Positions 8,122-15,796 of a stretch of 17,595 nt of DNA are shown here, one piece after another. Origin of the DNA: an uncultured bacterium (lineage in GTDB: Bacteria > CSSED10-310 > CAZUFC01); assembly GCA_964619725.1 (NCBI GenBank), contig CAZUFC010000156.1, positions 1 to 17,595 on the forward strand, given 5' to 3'. A model generated the notes under the pieces. It did not search any database and was not told the origin of the DNA. It saw nothing but the letters and a program-made list of their open reading frames with translations. A program made the translations under genes and the position numbers. The first letter of the stretch is position 1. Every line of letters begins with the position of its first letter.

Positions 8122-8228
8122 CCGGCCGCAGCGATTCGCAAATCGCCGATCACGCTGAGCCGGATTTGCCGATATCGGCTCGCAATGTCGCAGATGAAAA
8201 GCCGCCATCATACTGGCTGAGCTTCGGG

Positions 8229-8257
8229 TTGACAGAAACGAAAAGGGGAAATACCCT
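8229..8257 (+). promoter_or_regulatory. Putative sigma70 promoter upstream of the fdrA/yahF-like gene
   Basis: Perfect TTGACA (8229-8234), 17-nt spacer, TACCCT (8252-8257; TAnnnT pattern). Confidence 0.5.
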
Positions 8258-8262
8258 TTTTT
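8241..8262 (+). terminator. Weak terminator-like hairpin or operator inverted repeat overlapping that promoter
   Basis: AAAAGGG-GAAATA-CCCTTTT with a T6 run (8257-8262). The GC core of the stem is only 3 bp. Confidence 0.3.
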
Positions 8263-8304
8263 GAACATTTATTTCGTTTTTTGCAGAAAAGGGGGACTGA
8301 AAAG

Positions 8305-9879
8305 GTGTCTGAATCGATCCTTGTAAAAGAGAATAGTTACTATGATTCCGTGGTTTTGATGGAATTGACCAGCCGAGTAAAAGAACTCGACGGAATTACC
8401 GATACTTTTATCGGAATGGCGACGCCGCACAACCTGGAACTGATGGAGGGGATAGGTTTTCATTCGGAGCGGCTGCAGAATCTGAATCCCAATGATCTGA
8501 TAATCGCGGTCAGGGCGATGTCGGATGAGAAGCTGAAAAAAGCATTGCACGACATAGATTCTCATTTGGAAGGCATGCAATCGGAAGCGCCGCAACTGCT
8601 GAAGTCCAGGCCGAAAACGTTGAAATCGGCTTTGCGGATAATGCCTGATGCAGACCTGGCCTTAATCTCGGTACCCGGCCCTTTTGCGGCAAGAGAAGCC
8701 CAGGCCGCGCTTGATGCAGGCATGCACGTCATGCTGTTCAGCGACAACGTGGACATGAAGGATGAAGTTAAACTCAAAAAACAGGCTATTGAAAAAGGAT
8801 TGCTGATGATGGGGCAGGGATGCGGCACGGCTCTCATCAATGGCGCCCCCTTGGGTTTCGTTAATGAACTCATACCCGGTTCTGTAGGTCTGGTAGGCTC
8901 CTCCGGAACGGGTCTGCAGGAGGTTTCCTGCACCCTGGAACGTTTCGGCAGCGGCGTTTCTCAAATATTGGGAGTGGGGAGTCACGATCTATCGCCGGAA
9001 GCAGGCGGAATAATGTCGAAATTCGCCCTGGATTATATCGATAAGGACTCGAAAACTCAGGTCATCGTGTTCGTGGGCAGACCGGCTGCAGAAGCGGTTC
9101 AAAAAGAACTGATCGCAAAGCTTGAATCCCTGAATTATCCCGTGGTAGCCCATTTCATGGGTATGAAGCAGCCTGCTTCCAATACGGTTAAATTCTGCGA
9201 TACCCTGGAAGAAACAGGGCGTGCAGCAGCCTGTATCGACCAGAACCGCCGCTGCGCTAGCAAAACCGGCGCAGCGCTCATCAGTAAAAAAATGAAAGAT
9301 TTCGTAAATCAGCGCTCAAAAGAACTGGCGGAAGAGGCTGTTTACGTACGAGGGTTATTCTCAGGCGGCTCTCTTTGCAGCGAAGCCGTCGGATTACTGC
9401 TGGAAAAACTGCCCGTTATCTACAGCAATACAGGTAATCCCGGAACGCAGTTCATTCCGGGCACGGAAAGCAGTCGCGAACACACTATGCTGGATATGGG
9501 CGAGGATGAATTCACCAAGGGGAAAGCTCATCCCATGATCGATTATTCCTATCGCATAGAGCGTTTTCTGCAGGAAATCGAGGACCCCGAAACCGCAATT
9601 ATTCTTTTCGATGTGGTTTTAGGATACGGATCGCATCCGGACCCGGCATCCGTGCTGGTACCGGCGATTTACGGTCCTTTGCAAGCCCGTCGCGATCTGG
9701 GGAATCCCGTCCTGGCGCTGGCTGTTCTGCTGGGAACGGAACAGGACCCTCAAAAGTTGACTCTTCAACAGAAACTGCTCGAAGATGCCGGCGTCTTCGT
9801 ATTTCGAAGCAATGCTCAAGCAGCTTACGCTACAGGTTTAATCATGGAAGCACACAATAGGCAAAGGAGCGAAAAATGA
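8305..9879 (+). CDS. fdrA: FdrA/YahF family acyl-CoA synthetase-like protein (succinyl-CoA ligase alpha-like; AllF paralogue)
   Basis: YYDSVVLM, MATPHNLELM, ALISVPGPFAAREA, MLFSDNV, SGTGLQEV, GLFSGGSLC, DMGEDEFTKGKAHPMID (His at 9529, the expected phospho-His position) and DVVLGYGSHPDPA. The likely start is GTG 8305 after AGGGGG (524 aa). Confidence 0.93.
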   Translation: MSESILVKENSYYDSVVLMELTSRVKELDGITDTFIGMATPHNLELMEGIGFHSERLQNLNPNDLIIAVRAMSDEKLKKALHDIDSHLEGMQSEAPQLLKSRPKTLKSALRIMPDADLALISVPGPFAAREAQAALDAGMHVMLFSDNVDMKDEVKLKKQAIEKGLLMMGQGCGTALINGAPLGFVNELIPGSVGLVGSSGTGLQEVSCTLERFGSGVSQILGVGSHDLSPEAGGIMSKFALDYIDKDSKTQVIVFVGRPAAEAVQKELIAKLESLNYPVVAHFMGMKQPASNTVKFCDTLEETGRAAACIDQNRRCASKTGAALISKKMKDFVNQRSKELAEEAVYVRGLFSGGSLCSEAVGLLLEKLPVIYSNTGNPGTQFIPGTESSREHTMLDMGEDEFTKGKAHPMIDYSYRIERFLQEIEDPETAIILFDVVLGYGSHPDPASVLVPAIYGPLQARRDLGNPVLALAVLLGTEQDPQKLTLQQKLLEDAGVFVFRSNAQAAYATGLIMEAHNRQRSEK

Positions 9880-11300
9880 CTGAAATTCAGAGAATAAAAA
9901 AGAAATTAAAAGTGATAAACAACGGAGTGGATTTATTTGCTGAGAACCTTGCAGCAACCGGTCATGAAGTCCTGAACCTCGATTGGAAACCGCCGGCCAT
10001 GGGTGAAGAAAAGTTGATAAGTAAACTCAATAATATAATGAATTATTCAGATCGAATCGAAAAAGCCGATGATGAAGTCGTGAAGCACATGATGGAAGCT
10101 CAACCCGTTCTCGTTGATATCGATTCCGCTCTCAACGTCATTCCCGGCATGCATGAAAAACTATTCCTGCACGCAGGACCGCCTATTGAATGGGAACGCA
10201 TGTGCGGACCGTTGAAAGGAGCCGTCATCGGCGGTTTAATCTATGAAGGAACGGCAGCAAACAAAGATGCGGCGGAAAAAATCGCCTCTTCCGGCCAAAT
10301 TGAATTCGCTCCGTGCCATCATCACCAGACTGTAGGCCCCATGGCAGGGGTCGTTACGCCTTCCATGCCCGTTTTCATCGTGGAAGACAAATTATCCGGC
10401 GTACGCTCCTACTGCACATTGAATGAAGGACTCGGTAAAGTGCTGAGATACGGCGCTTACAGCGATGAAGTTATTGATCGTTTGAAATGGATGGAAAGCG
10501 TACTGTCGCCTATCCTGAGAAAGGCTATTCGACAGAAAAACGAAATAAATCTTAAAACAATCATTTCTCAAGCTTTATTAATGGGAGACGAATGCCACAA
10601 CAGAAACAGGGCCGCCACCTCACTTTTTCTTCGCGAAACGGCTCCCGCAATAGTCAAAACAGATGCTTCCTCCAATGACCAGGCGTCCGTGCTCGAATTC
10701 ATCAATTCCAACGATCACTTTTTCCTTAATTTAAGCATGCCGGCAGCCAAGTGCATCCTGGCCGGAATACCCAAAACCGATTACTGCAGCATCATCACCG
10801 TCATGTCCAGGAACGGGACGGACTTCGGCATACGCTTGAATTCTCTTGGGGATGAATGGTTTACAGCGCCGGCAGGTATCGTTCAGGGCTTATATTTCCC
10901 CGGATTCACCGAAAAAGATGCTAATCCCGACATCGGCGACAGCGTGATTACTGAAACTGCGGGAATAGGCGGTTTCGCCATGGCGGCGGCCCCGGCCATC
11001 GTTCGATTCGTCGGCGGAAGCGCTGAAACGGCCCTGCAAACCACTATGGAAATGTACGAAATAACTCATGCTGAACATAAATATTTTTCCATTCCTTTTC
11101 TTAACTTCAAAGGATCGCCCGTCGGCATTGACCTCCTTAAGATAATCGAAACAGGTATACTTCCCGCCATCAATACCGGCATAGCGCATCGGGAACCCGG
11201 AATCGGACAGGTCGGCGCCGGACTGGTCAAACCGCCCTGGGATTGCTACAAGAAAGCGTTTATCCGTTTCTGCGATACTTACGCGCCCGGTGAGGCGTGA
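9876..11300 (+). CDS. DUF1116 family protein (YahG / YlbE-AllG-like)
   Basis: LHAGPPIEWERMCGPLKGAVIG, PCHHHQTVGPMAG, NEGLGKVLRYGA, MGDECHNRN, RNGTDFGI, DIGDSVITET and INTGIAHREPGIGQVGAG. The start overlaps the fdrA stop (ATGA), suggesting translational coupling. Confidence 0.95.
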   Translation: MTEIQRIKKKLKVINNGVDLFAENLAATGHEVLNLDWKPPAMGEEKLISKLNNIMNYSDRIEKADDEVVKHMMEAQPVLVDIDSALNVIPGMHEKLFLHAGPPIEWERMCGPLKGAVIGGLIYEGTAANKDAAEKIASSGQIEFAPCHHHQTVGPMAGVVTPSMPVFIVEDKLSGVRSYCTLNEGLGKVLRYGAYSDEVIDRLKWMESVLSPILRKAIRQKNEINLKTIISQALLMGDECHNRNRAATSLFLRETAPAIVKTDASSNDQASVLEFINSNDHFFLNLSMPAAKCILAGIPKTDYCSIITVMSRNGTDFGIRLNSLGDEWFTAPAGIVQGLYFPGFTEKDANPDIGDSVITETAGIGGFAMAAAPAIVRFVGGSAETALQTTMEMYEITHAEHKYFSIPFLNFKGSPVGIDLLKIIETGILPAINTGIAHREPGIGQVGAGLVKPPWDCYKKAFIRFCDTYAPGEA

Positions 11301-11380
11301 AAAGATTCCCCCAGACCGCATCATCATGAAAGGGATGGTATTCCCACCTGCACTTTTTCGCTATCCGCAACAGAACAGGC

Positions 11381-13294
11381 ATGAATCCGGATGCTATCCT
11401 GTTTATCGCCATGCACAACTCAGACCATCACATCATATTCGGTTGGTTTAATCCATACCCGGTATCCCCTGATCGCTTCTTTGAACTGGAAAAAGCCGCC
11501 TTCGGCGGCCTCAGAAATGAAAAAATACGCCCTGTTGCACGCTTCCGCCTTAACCTGAAAACTTATATAGTCAAGGGAGTTTATCAAACCGACGCTGCGG
11601 CCCCGGACAGGCTGAATACCCTGCGCTTTCGCTTCCATGACCGAATGTTTCTCTCAGCCTTCTGCGGAAGAATCTTTAATCTGAATGAACTGAAAAATGA
11701 TCCGACACTGCGCATCGACGACAAATCGTCTATTTCAGACGATGAATTCATCGCTCGCTGCCATATGCTCAATCCATTCTTGATTAGTTCTTTTAACGGA
11801 AAATGGTCTTTCGTATCCTATGATCCCGACTCTGACACTCTCTTCCTGTGCAGAGACAAACTAGGCTTGTCTTGCCTTTATTATTACACCTGTTACGACA
11901 ACACGCTCTTTTTTTCTTCTGACCTTAAACTCCTTTTGAAGATACCTGAAATTAATAAGGAACCCAACTGGTTTAAAGTCTGCGACCTGCTTCTGAAAGG
12001 CGGCGCTTACGGCGAAGAACCGGAAGAAACATTCTATCAGGGCATTTTTAAGGTCCCGCCGGCCTGCTGCATGGAAGTCTCACCTGAAACTGCCGAATTG
12101 AAAAAATACTGGAACCTGGATTCCTGCGCCTCATCTTTAACCGGCGATGAAATCGAAGCCCATCTGCTGCATCTGCTGAAAAAATCAGTTTCCGACAGGT
12201 TGCCGCTTTCCGTCAAACAATCATGTTTCACCCTCAGCGGCGGCCTGGACTCTTCTGCACTCGCCCTTATCGCCGCCGCTCAAAGATCGGAATCTCTAAA
12301 AATCGTCAGTATATTTATCAACGACTTTCTTTATAATGAAAGAGGCTACGTCCAGGAAGCGCTTAAAAAAATCAACTCCGATCACATCATCATTTTTTCC
12401 GATCAGTTCGATTTTATATCTTTGTTTGAAGAAATTACTGATTTTTCTGAAGAACCTGTCGCATCGCCGGCCTGGACCCTGCACTCTCTTCTGTTTGAAC
12501 GGGTTAAAGATTCAGGAGCCCATACGATTTTCCTGGGACACGGACTGGATGAAATCGCAGCAGGATATCCGGAACATGTCGTTTCCTACCTCGCCGATAT
12601 GATTATTAATTCCAGGTTCGACGCTTTTCGCGAAGAATCAGAGCATTGGTCCAGTATCTGGTGGAATATCGAAGACGATGTTAAAACATTCGTTCAGGAT
12701 AATCTGTCTTCAGTTCCCACCATCAGACCGGATGCCTATTTCCAACGCCTGAATAATTTCATTGATATACTGAACCCTGAATTCCTGAAAAAATACCTCC
12801 GCACTCAGAAACTCGAACAACCCTTCTCGTCCCTTCTGAAAAACCGTATGTTTATCGATCTCTCACGTGAAACCCTTCCTCCCCTCCTGAAAATTGAAAG
12901 AATATTATGCCGAAAATATAATCTCGAACATCGTCTCCCGTTCCTGGATGAGAATCTCATAGAATTTTTAATCGGCTTGCCCGATCAAATGCTGATCAAA
13001 GACGGTTTCTCCAAATACGCGGTTCGCCGCTCCTTGAAAAATATTCTTCCCGATATGATCCTTCAAAGACGTAATAAAATCGGATTTAACTTTCCTTTTG
13101 AGAAAATGTCGGCCGATTATCACCAGGATTATTTCAGAGATATCCTGGACTCGGCAATCTCCAGGCATCCCGAAATTTTTCAAAAAGCCGAATTGCGACG
13201 TATTATAGAGGAATTCCAGAATGGAGACGGGAAATACGCCGCTCCTTTATTCAGGGTTTCCGCTTTTCACAAATGGATTACCGGGCACTTCTGA
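11381..13294 (+). CDS. Asparagine synthetase B-like ATP-dependent amide ligase with a degenerate N-terminal glutaminase domain
   Basis: The synthetase half is intact: LSGGLDSS, GHGLDEIAAGY, EHRLPFLD, KYAVR, RNKIGF. The Ntn half is still recognisable (FCGRIFN, SDDE, RDKLG..LYY) but lacks the N-terminal CG and HRGPD motifs. Alternative start at ATG 11411. Confidence 0.88.
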   Translation: MNPDAILFIAMHNSDHHIIFGWFNPYPVSPDRFFELEKAAFGGLRNEKIRPVARFRLNLKTYIVKGVYQTDAAAPDRLNTLRFRFHDRMFLSAFCGRIFNLNELKNDPTLRIDDKSSISDDEFIARCHMLNPFLISSFNGKWSFVSYDPDSDTLFLCRDKLGLSCLYYYTCYDNTLFFSSDLKLLLKIPEINKEPNWFKVCDLLLKGGAYGEEPEETFYQGIFKVPPACCMEVSPETAELKKYWNLDSCASSLTGDEIEAHLLHLLKKSVSDRLPLSVKQSCFTLSGGLDSSALALIAAAQRSESLKIVSIFINDFLYNERGYVQEALKKINSDHIIIFSDQFDFISLFEEITDFSEEPVASPAWTLHSLLFERVKDSGAHTIFLGHGLDEIAAGYPEHVVSYLADMIINSRFDAFREESEHWSSIWWNIEDDVKTFVQDNLSSVPTIRPDAYFQRLNNFIDILNPEFLKKYLRTQKLEQPFSSLLKNRMFIDLSRETLPPLLKIERILCRKYNLEHRLPFLDENLIEFLIGLPDQMLIKDGFSKYAVRRSLKNILPDMILQRRNKIGFNFPFEKMSADYHQDYFRDILDSAISRHPEIFQKAELRRIIEEFQNGDGKYAAPLFRVSAFHKWITGHF

Positions 13295-13297
13295 TCC

Positions 13298-13315
13298 GGA
13301 TTCTCCAAAGAATCC
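13298..13315. terminator. Hairpin between convergent genes (possible terminator)
   Basis: GGATTCT-CCAA-AGAATCC forms a 7-bp stem in the 52-bp gap between the convergent stops. There is no clear U-tract. Confidence 0.3.
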
Positions 13316-13346
13316 TATGAAGGTACAAGGGCGTCTCCCGGACACG

Positions 13347-15794
13347 TTAATTTTGTTTCTGAAGCTCCTCTTCCGGCGCATTGAAGCAAGTTCTGCAGAA
13401 GGTTTTCGATTCTCCTGCCTGCAGTTCGTAGAGGTGCTCGCCGAAAGCGATTTTGATAGGAGATGCCGTGCAGCGCCGGCTGACTATATATAATTCATCA
13501 GTAGTGAGTTCGATATGGATGACATGCCCTCGGTAACGAATATTGAACTTGATGTGTTCTACCTCTTCCGGCAGGTCTGGGTCTATCACCAGAACGTTGT
13601 TTCTGGTGTGAATGCCGGTATAGCAGCGTTGAATGAGATCGACGGTTCCCGCCATGGCTCCGAGGTGGATTCCCTCAGGAGTGGTTCCGCCCTGAATATC
13701 TGTGACGTCGCTTTTTAATGCCCGGAAAAACAAATCCCATGAAGCTGAGCGGTCAGAACGGGCCACGACCCAGGAATTAACGACGCTGCTGAGCGTTGAA
13801 CCGTGAGAAGTTCGGCTTTCATAATACTTGATGTTCCTGGGTATAGTGTCGTATGAAAAGGAATACCCGAGTCTCTCAAAGAAAAAGCTCAATTCTTCCG
13901 AGGACAGCAGGTAAAAGAGCATCAGCACATCAGCCTGTTTTGACAGTTTGTAATTGTTGGGCGAGTCATTTTCCGATTCCAGAATTCTGTCGAGTCTCTG
14001 TATATCGCCGTATTTTTTCCTGTAAGCTTCCCAATCGAACTCTTTTAATTTCTCATAACCTTCGAATTGGCTGATCACGCCGTCGTGGAAGGCTATTTTC
14101 ATTTTGCGGGTTATCCTGTCCCACCTTATGGTTTCTTCTTCATCGATTTTCAACTGTTCGCGTAACTCTTCCTGAACGTTTTCCGGCAATATTTCCAATA
14201 TCTGCAGCCCTCTGTACAGCGTCCAGACCGCCATAATGTTGGTGTAAGCATTGTTGTTCAACCCGTCTTCATCCGAATCAGGATAAGCGTCATGATATTC
14301 ATCAGGACCCATCACATTCCTGATTTCATATCTGCCGGTCTCTCCATCGTATACCGTTATGCTGGAAAAGAACCGGGCTATCTCCAAAAACACTTCCGCT
14401 CCATAAAAGGATAGAAACTCCATATCTTCCGTGACCTGATAATACTGCCAGATGTTATAAGCGATGGCGGCATTGACATGGCGCTGAAGATAACTTTTAT
14501 CCGGTAACCAGCGGCCTGATTTCGGATTAAGATGCAGCTTCTGGCTTTCCTCTCTCCCATCGCTTCCGCTTTGCCAGGGAAACATGGCTCCTTTGTATCC
14601 CGCCTGTTTCGCAGCAGCCCTCGCCTCGTTTAATCGACGATATCTGTACATCAGAAGGGAACGCGTGATTTCCGGCAAACGTAAGTTCCAGATCGGGAAA
14701 ATAAAAAGTTCATCCCAGAAAATATGACCTCTGTAAGCTTCTCCGTGGAGCCCGCGCGCCGGTACCGAAGTATCCAGGTCCATGGTGTTGGGCGATACTG
14801 TTTGAAGAAGATGAAAAAGATGCAGATGCACGATTCTCGTGGGAGATAATTCGGTATCTTCATCCGGTTTCATTTCTACTTCGAAACGACGCCAGAGGAA
14901 GTCCCACGCCATTATGTGCGATTCCACCAGCTTATGGAATACTTCAGCTCGCTTAGCGCTCTTTATGGCTTCTATACTGCTCTCTGAAATGGCATTGTCA
15001 CGGGACGTATACATCGCCACAGTCTTTTCAACCGTTATCTCACGCCCCTCGGTTACATCCAGGAAAATATGATGAGCCACGCGGTCATCCTCCCGGTTCA
15101 GCCGCCGCTCAACATCCAAAGGTTTGCCCTGCTCAAATACCTGTGTGCGAGCTGCAAGGGCAATTCTTATTTGCGATTGATTAGTTTTGGATATCAAATA
15201 GGTTATTTCAGAATTGTGTTCGCCGGTTTCAAGAGTTTCGAGATGATGACTGTTCAGATTCTTGTACCGGTCTACTCCGGCATTGATTATCCCTCCGTCT
15301 ATTCCTGAACTGATCTCCATTCGGCCCGACCAGTTCTCGGGAAGTATCTTGAATTCCAACGCCGCCAGGTGAAAATCTTCCATGTGAACCAAACGCCGTT
15401 CTTTTAAAACCGTTATCCGGGATTCTTCATCTCTGAAACGGATTCTGCGCTCCAGAATACCCTGTTTCATGTTCAGATGTACATCGTAATCGAGGATTTC
15501 CGTTTCATCTATGTTGAACCAAGCGCCTTCTTCCGCTTCAGGTCGAAAATACAGAGGGAGCCAGTTGGGAACATTAACCAGGTCCTCATTTTCAATCACG
15601 CGTCCTTTTATTTCAGTTTGTAACCGATTGTAACAGCCGCTGATGTAAGTGCCAGGATAATGCGTGCCGTCGGCCCGCGAATCCGCAAAAGCTCCCCTCG
15701 TCGCAAAATAACCGTTTCCAAGCGTGCAAAGCGCCTCTCTTAACTTTTCCTGCGAAGGATCATATCCTTTATAACCAAAAATCCATTTGCTCAT
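13347..15794 (-). CDS. Glycoside hydrolase family 65 protein (trehalose / trehalose-6-phosphate phosphorylase-like)
   Basis: REALCTLGNGYFATRG, ARGLHGEAYRGHIFWDE, GAMFPWQS, GPDEYH (catalytic Glu), KQAD and HGSTLS. ATG 15794 follows GAGGG and lies just after the upstream gene's stop. Confidence 0.95.
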   Translation of the reverse strand: MSKWIFGYKGYDPSQEKLREALCTLGNGYFATRGAFADSRADGTHYPGTYISGCYNRLQTEIKGRVIENEDLVNVPNWLPLYFRPEAEEGAWFNIDETEILDYDVHLNMKQGILERRIRFRDEESRITVLKERRLVHMEDFHLAALEFKILPENWSGRMEISSGIDGGIINAGVDRYKNLNSHHLETLETGEHNSEITYLISKTNQSQIRIALAARTQVFEQGKPLDVERRLNREDDRVAHHIFLDVTEGREITVEKTVAMYTSRDNAISESSIEAIKSAKRAEVFHKLVESHIMAWDFLWRRFEVEMKPDEDTELSPTRIVHLHLFHLLQTVSPNTMDLDTSVPARGLHGEAYRGHIFWDELFIFPIWNLRLPEITRSLLMYRYRRLNEARAAAKQAGYKGAMFPWQSGSDGREESQKLHLNPKSGRWLPDKSYLQRHVNAAIAYNIWQYYQVTEDMEFLSFYGAEVFLEIARFFSSITVYDGETGRYEIRNVMGPDEYHDAYPDSDEDGLNNNAYTNIMAVWTLYRGLQILEILPENVQEELREQLKIDEEETIRWDRITRKMKIAFHDGVISQFEGYEKLKEFDWEAYRKKYGDIQRLDRILESENDSPNNYKLSKQADVLMLFYLLSSEELSFFFERLGYSFSYDTIPRNIKYYESRTSHGSTLSSVVNSWVVARSDRSASWDLFFRALKSDVTDIQGGTTPEGIHLGAMAGTVDLIQRCYTGIHTRNNVLVIDPDLPEEVEHIKFNIRYRGHVIHIELTTDELYIVSRRCTASPIKIAFGEHLYELQAGESKTFCRTCFNAPEEELQKQN

Positions 15795-15796
15795 AA

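Noticed and set aside
8122..8228. Known riboswitch (guanidine, purine, c-di-GMP) upstream of fdrA
   Set aside because: I could not match the conserved cores of these classes (e.g. paired ACGR loops) by eye, so it is kept only as an unassigned structured spacer.
11381..13294. Lasso peptide cyclase / RiPP cluster
   Set aside because: A Cys-less AsnB fits superficially, but I see no transglutaminase-like leader peptidase, no RRE/PqqD protein and no plausible precursor ORF in the window.
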